Source: Pseudomonadota bacterium (GTDB taxonomy: Bacteria; Bdellovibrionota_B; Oligoflexia; Oligoflexales; CAIMVM01). Taken from it: DNA of 64,000 bases. Position numbers and translations under genes: made by a program. This document shows, in pieces, positions 54,871-64,000 of the stretch (position 1 is its first letter; every line of letters starts with the position of its first letter). The stretch covers positions 11,005 to 75,004 of the forward strand of contig JBAXBA010000002.1 of the NCBI GenBank assembly GCA_037142195.1, in the 5' to 3' direction. The notes under the pieces are model-generated. The model searched no databases. It was not told the DNA's origin and worked only from the letters and a program-made list of their open reading frames with translations.

Positions 54871-56157
54871 ATGGACCTAGTACGCCTTTACTCAAAAATT
54901 TTGCATCATTTTCATAGCATTTTTTGGACGATCCTAGCTCAAGGATTCGTAGTTTTATCTTCGTTTGTTACTTTTAAAGTTATATCGTCAAAACTTGGCC
55001 CTTTTGAATTTGGACAGTTCTCACTTCAAATGGCATATACATCTATTTTAATGATATTACTGTTTAACCCAGCACAAAATTCTTTATTAAGATTTTTTGC
55101 CGAGATTTACAAAAATCGAAATCTTAAAATTGCTTCTAGATTTGTCTTAGCAATTGGATCTATTGGCATTGTCGGGTCCAATATCATTTTCTATTTCCAG
55201 GATTATTTATCTCTTTTTGCTCGGGGCTTTGTCCCGATCAAGTATTATTCTATGGCCCTAAGCGCTGTTATTTTTTTCTCATTTGTTCCTATTTCGATGC
55301 TACAATCCATTCGGAAATTTAGGTCTGTTGCGGTCGTCCAAGGCTTTGATTTTGTGATTAAATTGATAGTTTTTTTGAACCTATTTCCGGGGGTTTCAGA
55401 TTCCAAACAAGCTTTGGCTCTGCTCATTCTCTCAGGCTTGTTAACGTTTATTTTCGGTACAATCGTTTTTCTTTTGAATTATAGAACACAAATCGATCGA
55501 CCTGCCGATGCTGTTCTTACAATTTCTGGCAAGGACCTTTATAGATATATGGCGCCATTCATTTTTTCAGGACTCATTACATGGGCTGCAACATTTCTAG
55601 ATAGATTTATCGTTGAAAGCAAACTAGGGTCTCAAGAATTAGGACTCTATGCAGCGACTATGCAAATAGCAAGTTTTCCTTCTAATTTTCTCGCATCAGT
55701 CGTATCTCAATTGATAGTACCTAAAGTATTCATTGCTTCTTCGAATGGCCAGAATAATAGTCAGGTTATAGCAACTTTTCGAAAGGAAGTTTTTTTGGCT
55801 TTTTTATTGATTTGGCCCCTATTGCTTCTTTACTCTTTCTTCGGCGAGAAAATCGTCGGATTCGTAAGTTCAAAAGAATTTTACATCGATAGGGTAAGTC
55901 TAGTCTTTGCGACATTTGGATGTCTATTTTTACAAATAGGCAACCTTCTAGGCACTGAAGGGATGCTATACAAAAGAGCCGAAATTTATCTCATACCAAA
56001 GATCCTTCATGTAATTGTCGTCTTTCTTACGCTTGTCTACTTCACAAGCCATTTTAGTATTCACGGTGCTTTGTTTTCGATGTTTATCTCGGGAATAGTC
56101 TTCTGTTCTCTGATTGCAGCAACCAATTGGCAAGTTCTAAAATCTAAGAATATGTAG
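54871..56157 (+). CDS. wzx: Wzx-type polysaccharide flippase (MOP/PST family)
   Basis: This 428-aa ORF has ~12 hydrophobic helices, and its size and context are typical of O-unit flippases. Confidence 0.65.
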   Translation: MDLVRLYSKILHHFHSIFWTILAQGFVVLSSFVTFKVISSKLGPFEFGQFSLQMAYTSILMILLFNPAQNSLLRFFAEIYKNRNLKIASRFVLAIGSIGIVGSNIIFYFQDYLSLFARGFVPIKYYSMALSAVIFFSFVPISMLQSIRKFRSVAVVQGFDFVIKLIVFLNLFPGVSDSKQALALLILSGLLTFIFGTIVFLLNYRTQIDRPADAVLTISGKDLYRYMAPFIFSGLITWAATFLDRFIVESKLGSQELGLYAATMQIASFPSNFLASVVSQLIVPKVFIASSNGQNNSQVIATFRKEVFLAFLLIWPLLLLYSFFGEKIVGFVSSKEFYIDRVSLVFATFGCLFLQIGNLLGTEGMLYKRAEIYLIPKILHVIVVFLTLVYFTSHFSIHGALFSMFISGIVFCSLIAATNWQVLKSKNM

Positions 56158-56600
56158 GCAGGCAATTTAAATCTTGGCGTTTTTAGGATTGGCGCTACTT
56201 CAAAACTGAATATTCTGATGTAAACAATCCCGAAAAAATCTTGACCTTTTTGCAGTTATTACAAGAAGAAATGAACAAACTTCGTAGCTAGTATGCTTTA
56301 GAAAACTTTACAAAGGAGGTGAACCCAAGTCTTGATCAATTTCTTCTATTGCTACTACATTTAAGCACAACGCCACGCTCTTCATGCTGAACTAAATCAA
56401 GTTCTTCTGCAGGTGCTTCTTACTTGGCTAGGATGTCCTCAATGCCACTCATATAAGTTCCATTGTGTGTTGCATAAATTGACTTTTGACTGCGCATAAG
56501 GCACATTAATCTATCATTATCTTGTAGAATGAAAAGCTGAGCGGGTGTACCAAAAAGCATTCACTTGTACGCGGCACTGTCAGAACACTAAGGGCAACGA

Positions 56601-58715
56601 TTGATTAAGAGAACTTTTAAGAATTTAGATGGCAAAAAACGTAAGGATGACGGTGTTAGCATTGGTACTAAAAAAATTCATTTATCTCACCCAAAATACC
56701 GTCCAGATATCGATGGATTAAGAGCTGTTGCTGTTCTTTCTGTTGTGGCATTCCACGCATTTCCTAGTTGGATCAAAGGCGGCTTTATAGGCGTTGATAT
56801 CTTCTTTTTTATTTCTGGCTATCTCATATCAACTATTATTTTTGAGAATTTAGATAGGGGTACGTTCAGTTTTTCTGAGTTTTATGCTCGTCGTATTAAG
56901 CGTATCTTTCCAGCACTGCTTCTAGTATTGATTTCCTGTTTTGCTTTTGGTTGGTTCGCCTTGCTAGCAGATGAATACAAACAGTTAGGTAGACATATAG
57001 CGGCAGGTGCTGGTTTTATATCAAACTTCATTTTATGGAATGAATCTGGTTACTTTGATAACTCTGCTGAATCTAAGCCATTGCTTCATCTTTGGAGTTT
57101 AGGTATTGAAGAGCAATTTTATATAGTTTGGCCGCTATTGTTATGGTTTGCTAGAAAACGTAAACTTAATCTTTTAATAATCACTTTTGTTATTGCTATC
57201 GCCTCTTTTCTTTTGAATATAAAGGTCATAAAGCATGATATGGTTGCTACCTTTTATTCTCCACAGACACGTTTCTGGGAATTGTTAAGCGGAAGCTTAT
57301 TGGCTTGGGTTACGCTATACAAGAAGGATGCTTTCTCCAATTTCAAATGCAAAGTGGATTATTGTTTATCACGCATAGTTTATAGCGAAAAGCAAGAGGC
57401 TGATTGTAAGATATTATCAAATGTTATTTCGGTTTTTGGGTTGTTGCTACTGGTGTATGGGTTTTGGACAATCAATAAAGAGTTAAGCTTTCCTGGTAAG
57501 TGGGCATTAGTCCCAGTTCTAGGTGCTGTACTAATTATTACCGCAGGTTCTAAATCTTGGGTAAATCGCATATTACTCTCTAATAAGGTTGCTGTTTGGA
57601 TTGGCTTAATCAGTTATCCTTTGTATTTGTGGCACTGGCCAATACTGTCTTTTGCTCGTATTATTGAAGGCGAAGCGCCTAGTCGCAACATACGCATAGC
57701 GGCGGTAATCCTTTCCATTGTCCTTGCTTGGCTTACATATAAGCTTGTAGAACGCCCTTTTCGATTTGGTAAGTACAGCAAGACTAAGGTAACCATACTT
57801 GTCTTTCTTATGGCAATAGTAGGGTTTGTTGGTTACAACACATTTGAAAGAGATGGGTTAATGTTTAGAGTAGTTCAAAAAAATAACAGTTTTACAAAAA
57901 ATTTGGGCTGGCGGTTTTGGGACAATGAAAGTTGTAGTAAAAAATTTAATATTTCACCCTGTCAAATTTCTAATCAAAAAATACGTTTGATGATTTTTGG
58001 TGACAGTCATGGAAATCATTTATATCCAGGGTTGGTAAGCGCACTACCAGATAACGTAGGTGTATTTTCTGGAGGAACATGTACCCCTTTAAGGGAGATA
58101 ACATTATATGTAAGTAAAAATCAAAAATCACATCCATGCGCTTCGATTGATTACTTATCTATGAATTTTAATATTCTAGATTCAAATCCAACAGTTGAAG
58201 CAATTCTTATTTCTACTTTTTTGAGGCCTGTATTAACTCCTGATATCAAAGAGAGAGATTTTTATGGCGCAATGCGTTTAGAATCTAAGTTGTCTACTGA
58301 GAAAAAATTGCCACCAGAAGAACTGGTTTATATGGGCCTTAATCGCACTATAAATGACATATTAAATCGAAAAAAAGAGGTTGTTTTAGTTCGTGATACC
58401 CCAGACTTTGAAAAAGATATCCGTGATGAGTGTTTGAGGCGGTTTTCTTTTTCAAATTCTCAAGTATGTGGTCTTCCTCGTGCTAAGTTTGATCAGCAAA
58501 GGGGAATAGAAAACACATTAATTGATAAACTTAAGCTCGATTTTCCTGGGCTAAGGGTTTTTGATCCGTTTGATGTTTTATGTAGTCAATCAGAATGCTA
58601 CTTAATTAGAAATAATATGCCTTTGTATAGAGATCAACATCATCTATCTGTGTATGGAAGTGAATTGTTAGGAAAAGCCATTGTTGACAAATATTTTGTT
58701 AATTTGAAAAAATAA
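56601..58715 (+). CDS. Acyltransferase-3 membrane domain fused to a C-terminal SGNH domain (OafA/OafB-type O-acetyltransferase)
   Basis: Motifs are YRPDIDGLRAVAVLSVVAFH, SGYL and LHLWSLGIEEQFY, followed by a ~280-aa soluble C-terminal domain containing FGDSHGNH. Confidence 0.85.
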   Translation: MIKRTFKNLDGKKRKDDGVSIGTKKIHLSHPKYRPDIDGLRAVAVLSVVAFHAFPSWIKGGFIGVDIFFFISGYLISTIIFENLDRGTFSFSEFYARRIKRIFPALLLVLISCFAFGWFALLADEYKQLGRHIAAGAGFISNFILWNESGYFDNSAESKPLLHLWSLGIEEQFYIVWPLLLWFARKRKLNLLIITFVIAIASFLLNIKVIKHDMVATFYSPQTRFWELLSGSLLAWVTLYKKDAFSNFKCKVDYCLSRIVYSEKQEADCKILSNVISVFGLLLLVYGFWTINKELSFPGKWALVPVLGAVLIITAGSKSWVNRILLSNKVAVWIGLISYPLYLWHWPILSFARIIEGEAPSRNIRIAAVILSIVLAWLTYKLVERPFRFGKYSKTKVTILVFLMAIVGFVGYNTFERDGLMFRVVQKNNSFTKNLGWRFWDNESCSKKFNISPCQISNQKIRLMIFGDSHGNHLYPGLVSALPDNVGVFSGGTCTPLREITLYVSKNQKSHPCASIDYLSMNFNILDSNPTVEAILISTFLRPVLTPDIKERDFYGAMRLESKLSTEKKLPPEELVYMGLNRTINDILNRKKEVVLVRDTPDFEKDIRDECLRRFSFSNSQVCGLPRAKFDQQRGIENTLIDKLKLDFPGLRVFDPFDVLCSQSECYLIRNNMPLYRDQHHLSVYGSELLGKAIVDKYFVNLKK

Positions 58716-58867
58716 TGTTTGTCGCAATTTGTATAGATTAATTTCTTTAAGTATTCATTTCGACGAATAGTTTTTATCTCGGAGGGGCTATCAGATCCGC
58801 AGTCGCTAGGTAAAGTGGCTCAATCTTGGTGAAATCAGGTGGCTCAACTTAGGTGAGATCCAGCAAT

Positions 58868-60121
58868 CTATAGCTTGTCGAGAGATTTTGATGTCCAATT
58901 TTTATCAAATCTAATTGAAACAATGAACAATGCTAAAAATATCAACGGCAGTCTAATCAGCGAATTCATCATGCCTATCGTGGACATCCAAAATAACGTC
59001 ATCGTCGTAGGTATAACGATAAAAATATACAAAATTAAGCCGAGTCTGGATCTGGAAATATGGCTTATTATGCCGTATAGAGCACCCAAAAAGGACACAT
59101 AAAATAACCCGCCAAATAGTCCGAAATTTGCATACCCTTCTCCAATCATAGTCACTGCGCTTTGTGAGTATGGATTCAAATTCATAACATTGTTGATTTG
59201 TTGAATTCCATACCATTCTGGCTTGGCTTCCCAAAATAGTCTTGGAATAGGCAACGCAAATGACTGAAATACTGTAACTCCATGCAAATAATCAGCTTTA
59301 GAAGGAAAATAGTGGACTACATTAGCTATTCCTTCAAGACCAGAACCTCCAAAAAGAGAAGTCAACATATCATAAAGAGCCATGCCATCTTCACTTGGAC
59401 TTTTATAATATTCAATCATCTGAATATTTCTAAACCATCCATAGACCAAAAAAGATAGTGCGCCAAAAAAAATTATCCCTAAGGCAAGCATGTGCGAATT
59501 TACTACCTTTACACCTAAAGTAATTTTTGGCTTAACAATAAGAAATAGAATGGTTAATCCTATGAAAAGCCCAAATGTAGTTCCTCTTGAAAGAGTTAAG
59601 AAAGAGCAAATAAAGGCAGGAAATACTATGCAGAACAATGAGACTACAGTAAGTCTGTGACGTTTTGCAAAAAGAAGGAGACCCGTGCAAACAAACAACA
59701 ACTCTAAAGCGATTTGATTCGCAGTCGACTGAATCACTTGAATCGTGGAACTTGCGCTTGGAGTCCATCTATTTGCATAAAGACCACCTAGGTCCCAATT
59801 AGCGCCCCAAAGCTTATATGCAAAACAAAATAGCAATATGAGAAAACAAACCCATTGCATTGAAACGACATTAAAAATATTAATTTTAAACTCATTTACT
59901 ATCGCAAATTTTCGTCGTGAAAACATTTTCCATCCAGCGTAGAAAGCGATACAAGAAAACAGATATAGAAAAAAAGCAAAAAGATATCGCCCTAGAAAAT
60001 CTTGTGTTTGCATGGAGAAGAACTTCAAAAGAAAGGGCACAAAGCCGTCAATTAGAAAAAAAACCGCAAGCCAAAATGGGACAGCAAGTAAAAAAAGCGG
60101 CTCCTTAATGAAGTTTCTCAA
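58868..60121 (-). CDS. Polytopic membrane protein, candidate O-antigen polymerase (Wzy) / O-antigen ligase-like
   Basis: This 417-aa ORF has about 10 or more helices, no soluble domains and a locus context that fits. No family motif could be verified by eye. Confidence 0.45.
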   Translation of the reverse strand: MRNFIKEPLFLLAVPFWLAVFFLIDGFVPFLLKFFSMQTQDFLGRYLFAFFLYLFSCIAFYAGWKMFSRRKFAIVNEFKINIFNVVSMQWVCFLILLFCFAYKLWGANWDLGGLYANRWTPSASSTIQVIQSTANQIALELLFVCTGLLLFAKRHRLTVVSLFCIVFPAFICSFLTLSRGTTFGLFIGLTILFLIVKPKITLGVKVVNSHMLALGIIFFGALSFLVYGWFRNIQMIEYYKSPSEDGMALYDMLTSLFGGSGLEGIANVVHYFPSKADYLHGVTVFQSFALPIPRLFWEAKPEWYGIQQINNVMNLNPYSQSAVTMIGEGYANFGLFGGLFYVSFLGALYGIISHISRSRLGLILYIFIVIPTTMTLFWMSTIGMMNSLIRLPLIFLALFIVSIRFDKNWTSKSLDKL

Positions 60122-60494
60122 CAGGGCTCCTTAGTCATTATTTTATATAACTATCTGAAAAATCAAGTGCACATGTTGTTAGGGATTCCATATAGTTTCG
60201 GTTTTGAAATCGCCACCTGCAATGAAATCACTTGTGTTTATAGATAGCAATAGAATATTTCTATATTATCGGACGATTTGACTTTGAGAAAGAAATATAT
60301 TTTAGAGTTACCATCCTTGCCGAATTAACTCACCTTAATTAGACGGTAGGTAAAACCCGGGTAACCGTTAACCCGCGAGTGCACGGCTAATGCAGTTTGT
60401 CTTTGGTTCCCTAATTTTTTCTAACTGTTTCCATAGAACTTTAGGACCGATCCCAATTCTTGTTTAAAACTTCTTGCCGCATAGATTGGGGAGA

Positions 60495-61388
60495 TTACTT
60501 AATTGGAACAAAGTTATCTGAGGTAAGAAAAGCTTTTAATTTATAATTACAAACAGTGCAATTCAGAAAGTCCCCAGTTCTAAGAAATGCTGAGCTATTG
60601 CAATTAGGACACTGCAATATGCTTGAAATATTCAACTTCCTGTTCCTTGAAGTTTGAGATGTAATTCGCCGCAACAAATCTAAAATAAATTTTCGAGCTA
60701 TCATGGATATACTCATTCTCACAACTTTCTTAGTCCCCCCCTCAGGAGCCGTCCAGCTGCAATCTACTTCAGGGTTTAAAATCTTGTATTCAATCCTATC
60801 TGTCCAGAAATGCCTTACATGAAAGCAAAAAGGCTTATTTGGCATCAAATACTTAACTAAATTTGGTTTAACCCTATGCTCGTACAAATCTACAAGTTCA
60901 TGGTCGGGTCGCCAAGAAATCTTCTTTTTAATGATCAGCTGATCATTTCGCTCAGTTATCTCAAGCCTATGATCTAGATATGGATTAATCCTTTCAAAAA
61001 AAGCATCCGGCACCTCGATATAACCCGCCTTTGCTATTCTTTGAAGTTCAGAAATAAATCCCACAGGATCGCTTGTGTGTTCCAAAACATGAGCAGCAAT
61101 TACAAAGTCAAAAGATTTAGATTTAAAGGGAAGCTTCTCCGCAAAACAAATCAAGGCAGGACGATCATGTACAAATTTTTCGAAGTGACGTTCTCTTGTT
61201 TCTTCGTAAGCATCTACTAAAACATTTGATCTCGGAAAAGGGTTGCCTCCTGACCCCACTTCTAAAACTAACGCATCTTCCCCTACAAATCGGCAATATC
61301 GTCTAACAGCCCAAGCTAATTTTTGAGCATCAAACCTCAAAAACAACCTCATTAGACTGCTATTTTTCTCAATTCCAGCCACTTTCAT
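60495..61388 (-). CDS. Class I SAM-dependent methyltransferase with C-terminal CxxC...CxxC zinc-ribbon
   Basis: Motifs are VLEVGSGGNP ... FDFVIAAHVLEH, with a C-terminal CPNCNSSAFLRTGDFLNCTVCNYK. The start is taken at ATG 61388 rather than the TTG at 61451. Confidence 0.75.
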   Translation of the reverse strand: MKVAGIEKNSSLMRLFLRFDAQKLAWAVRRYCRFVGEDALVLEVGSGGNPFPRSNVLVDAYEETRERHFEKFVHDRPALICFAEKLPFKSKSFDFVIAAHVLEHTSDPVGFISELQRIAKAGYIEVPDAFFERINPYLDHRLEITERNDQLIIKKKISWRPDHELVDLYEHRVKPNLVKYLMPNKPFCFHVRHFWTDRIEYKILNPEVDCSWTAPEGGTKKVVRMSISMIARKFILDLLRRITSQTSRNRKLNISSILQCPNCNSSAFLRTGDFLNCTVCNYKLKAFLTSDNFVPIK

Positions 61389-61506
61389 TACTGCGACTCC
61401 AATTATTATAAAACTAATACCATTTAAATTTAGTAAATTATCTGAATGCAATATACACTATGGAACCCGGTTCGATTTTAATCTGGAGATTAGGAGGCAT
61501 TTTTCA

Positions 61507-62652
61507 ATGCAGTCGAATCAAAAAAAAGAACCCTACAAGCCAAATATTTTGATACTGTATATTTTTTTTGGACTTGCGGCATCTTTTTTCTCTATTTTTT
61601 GGACGGAATTTTGGAGTTATTTTTTAGGCCTTTTCCAGCTAAGGGATTTCTCTCGTTTATTCCTTCCAGATAGCGCATTATATTCTGATTTAATTGGTAG
61701 ATTTGCCCAAGGCGGGGATCTAGAAGTTCTTTTCCATTCATATAGTAAATCTACAATTGTTTTCGCTTTTTTTTGTTATCAACTCTCAAAAATATTCGAA
61801 GTTTCTACTTTTTCAAACCTAATCCTGCTTTTTGGGGGAATGTTTCGCTACTATTTTGATCTTAGGCATTACGGTCGAGGCAGTCATTTTTTAGTTCTGG
61901 TTTTACTCTTGAGTCCACTGACCATATATCTGGCTCAAGGTCCAAGTAAAGAAATTTTTATAATTTCATCATTACCATGGCTCATTTATGGCTTAGATCA
62001 AAGGAAGTTTAGTTGGGTGATTTTGTCATTGCTTGTTATTGCATGTGTGAGAACGACGTTTCTTCTACCACTCATTTTATCGACTTTTAGCATGTTTTGG
62101 CTAAAATCGTACAAATCAAGGGCAATTCTTTTATTTGGAACTGTTTTTCTCTCGCCTTTGCTTTTAAGTTTCGATTTTATTTCAGGGACAAGAGAGTCTG
62201 CGTTAGCTTTTAACGCCTCTCGAATAGGGTTGACCTATTATTATCTACATAGCATGGGGGTTCCCTTTCTAGGTGGGTTGTTCATTCCCTTGAGAGCCTT
62301 ACAAAACATTTTAGAACCGTTTATTGCATTCCAATTCTTTAGCGATGGGCCTAGTATTTTGAATGTTTATTATCTTGCGTCGTTTATAAGTGCAGGGTTA
62401 TTTTTTGCTTGCATTGTATATGCTGCATTTGCCTTGCGATTAAGCAAGCGACTTCGTCCGAAGATCAATTTAGAAATTGTTGTGTTTACATTTAGTGCAA
62501 TTGTTGTCGCTGCGATTCCTTTTATACACTTCCGCTATATATATCCCGTACTCCCCACCTTACTGATAGGAATCATTAAACTCAGGGCTCCTGATAGAGG
62601 GGACAATTCCGATCTGTTGGACGACATTGAAAAACAGAATCGGATCATCTAA
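61507..62652 (+). CDS. Polytopic membrane protein of unknown function (second Wzy/EpsG-like candidate)
   Basis: This 381-aa ORF has about 9 or more hydrophobic helices. An A8 tract (61520..61527) and a T8 tract (61562..61569) lie within its first 21 codons. Confidence 0.4.
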   Translation: MQSNQKKEPYKPNILILYIFFGLAASFFSIFWTEFWSYFLGLFQLRDFSRLFLPDSALYSDLIGRFAQGGDLEVLFHSYSKSTIVFAFFCYQLSKIFEVSTFSNLILLFGGMFRYYFDLRHYGRGSHFLVLVLLLSPLTIYLAQGPSKEIFIISSLPWLIYGLDQRKFSWVILSLLVIACVRTTFLLPLILSTFSMFWLKSYKSRAILLFGTVFLSPLLLSFDFISGTRESALAFNASRIGLTYYYLHSMGVPFLGGLFIPLRALQNILEPFIAFQFFSDGPSILNVYYLASFISAGLFFACIVYAAFALRLSKRLRPKINLEIVVFTFSAIVVAAIPFIHFRYIYPVLPTLLIGIIKLRAPDRGDNSDLLDDIEKQNRII

Positions 62653-63004
62653 GGACATAGATAGTCACAGAATGGGCATTGTATCAAAATTGATCTAGCT
62701 TCATACTTAGTTTTACGGGCTAGTGTATTGGTGTCATCTTTTCAACCGTGAGACGAACTCTAAATCATGATTTTGTCTCATTTAAAAATTAATTACGCGT
62801 CTAAGAAAAGACTTTTAATTTAGATAATTTAGGTGTTATCATTGAACTCAAAAGTGACATTTTCTTTTATATTTTTAGACGCATAATTTGCGAGCTCTTT
62901 TTTACAGGTATATCTTATGAATTTCCCCACGCCAATATCTAGCTTGAAAATTCTTCGTCAAGAGCTGATTTCGGGTTCTCCTATCTACAATTTAGGAGAA
63001 TGCG

Positions 63005-64000
63005 ATGAACGCTGATTTCTTAAAGAAGTTGGTCAAAAGCAGCTCAGTTTGCCAGGCGATAAATGCAAATTTGAAATCTCAGGCACTAATTAGGAAATAT
63101 AGATCTATTTGTCGTAAGTACGAGAGTCTTCCTGAAAGTTCGCTTCATGACTCAGAGGTCTCATGGAAAGCAGACTTACCAAAGGGGGCAATTCCTAAGA
63201 TTTTGTGGATAGGTGCTGATAAATCACAGGATTTTACTGGTTTTTATCAGGATCTAAGTTCCGATTTTGATTGTAAGTACTTCACGCGGTCAGATGGGTC
63301 ATATGGGCAGTACCCATGGCTAGGCGGAAGTGACGATGTTCGAGAGCTTAATCTATTGCGTTTGGAGGAACTTCTTTCGGACTTTAAATTGAATGGCTGG
63401 GAGCCTGATTATATTTTAACCCAGTGCTGGGGATTTTCATTTAATACCCAAGATTTTCTGAAATTGAAGTCAAAATCTAAATTTAAGCTTATTAATATTA
63501 GTATGGATGATCGGTTAAATTTCGTTGAGTATAGCCGAAAACTTGGTGCGGAAGTTGGACTTTTAGAATTTGGAAAGATTTGCGACCTAGTTTTAACTAC
63601 AACCAAAGAAGCCAGCCACTGGTATCATTGTGAGGGCGTAAGGGCTATGTATCTTCCTCTCGCATCGTCAACAGAGTTTTATCATCCCTTAGAAGTAGTT
63701 AAGCGCTATGACGTAGGCTTTATCGGTAATTGTTACGGATATAGAAAAACTTTGGTGGAGTTTTTACAGCGTAGTGGAATTTCTATCGTAGCTCATGGGA
63801 AGGGTTGGCCTGATGGTATGTTGCAGTTTGTTGATAATAATAAGTTTTTTAATGAATGCAAAATAGTTTTAGGGATTGGAACAGTTGGGCATACAAAGAA
63901 TTTCTTTACACTTAAGCTTCGAGATTTTGATGCACCAATGAGCGGAGCTTGCTATGTCACACACCACAATGAAGATCTGTTAGAATTTTTTGAGCCGAAT
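63005..64000 (+). CDS. CgeB-family / DUF3880-type glycosyltransferase-like protein, 3' end beyond the window
   Basis: The frame is open from the ATG at 63005 (6 nt after AGGAG) to the window end, 332 codons, and is not in the ORF track because no stop is reached. It ends ..LKLRDFDAPMSGACYVTHHNEDLLEFFEPN, the same pattern as 45357..46433. Confidence 0.6.
   Translation, partial: MNADFLKKLVKSSSVCQAINANLKSQALIRKYRSICRKYESLPESSLHDSEVSWKADLPKGAIPKILWIGADKSQDFTGFYQDLSSDFDCKYFTRSDGSYGQYPWLGGSDDVRELNLLRLEELLSDFKLNGWEPDYILTQCWGFSFNTQDFLKLKSKSKFKLINISMDDRLNFVEYSRKLGAEVGLLEFGKICDLVLTTTKEASHWYHCEGVRAMYLPLASSTEFYHPLEVVKRYDVGFIGNCYGYRKTLVEFLQRSGISIVAHGKGWPDGMLQFVDNNKFFNECKIVLGIGTVGHTKNFFTLKLRDFDAPMSGACYVTHHNEDLLEFFEPN

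Noticed and set aside
56158-56600. Minus-strand frames (..SIYATHNGTYMSGIEDILAK-stop, EAPAEELDLVQHEERGVVLK..) as a gene remnant
   Set aside because: This looks like decayed coding sequence, but I cannot assign a family from the sequence alone. It is mentioned only as context for the IS-bracketed segment.

Overview
This is a low-GC (roughly 40% by eye) bacterial chromosome segment made of three parts. All functional calls rest on motif-level reading of the translations and on self-comparison by eye. No database search was run, and identity percentages and manually derived coordinates are approximate. No rRNA, tRNA or CRISPR array was found.

(1) 1-31.3 kb is a heavily rearranged accessory island with almost all genes on the minus strand.
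- It carries three AbiEi/AbiEii modules (two intact, one truncated), a RES-Xre pair, BrnT/BrnA-like genes, a DUF4258-like/HTH pair, HEPN genes (one with an overlapping BolA-like ORF) and an orphan HigA-like HTH.
- It carries three full-length and one fragmentary COG1373/DUF4143 AAA+ ATPase genes with a PD-(D/E)xK-like C-terminus.
- It carries three COG2865 'RecG-like' genes (AlbA_2/Schlafen-like + HATPase_c_4 + wHTH), only one of them intact.
- Five same-orientation copies of a decayed IS4-type transposase remnant and several other repeat families partition the island. No integrase is present.
- A 381-bp, ~99% identical duplication of the yeeE 5' end brackets 17.8 kb of the island.
- The two best candidates for an undescribed system are (a) a translationally coupled five-gene operon (TPR protein, orphan family-5 solute-binding protein, family-2 O-methyltransferase, MFS transporter, hybrid histidine kinase) and (b) a twice-recurring ATPase-nuclease + Schlafen-like gene pair preceded by a shared palindromic element.

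(2) 31.4-33.0 kb holds a yeeE/yedE-like pair and a tauE/safE-like exporter.

(3) 33.0-64.0 kb is a Wzx/Wzy-type surface-polysaccharide locus.
- It has a CDP-3,6-dideoxyhexose branch coupled to a split transketolase.
- It has a UDP-L-FucNAc (fnlABC/capEFG-type) branch.
- It also has AsnB-type amidotransferases, a GtrB/ArnC-like + GT-C-like pair, an OafA-type acyltransferase and IS remnants.
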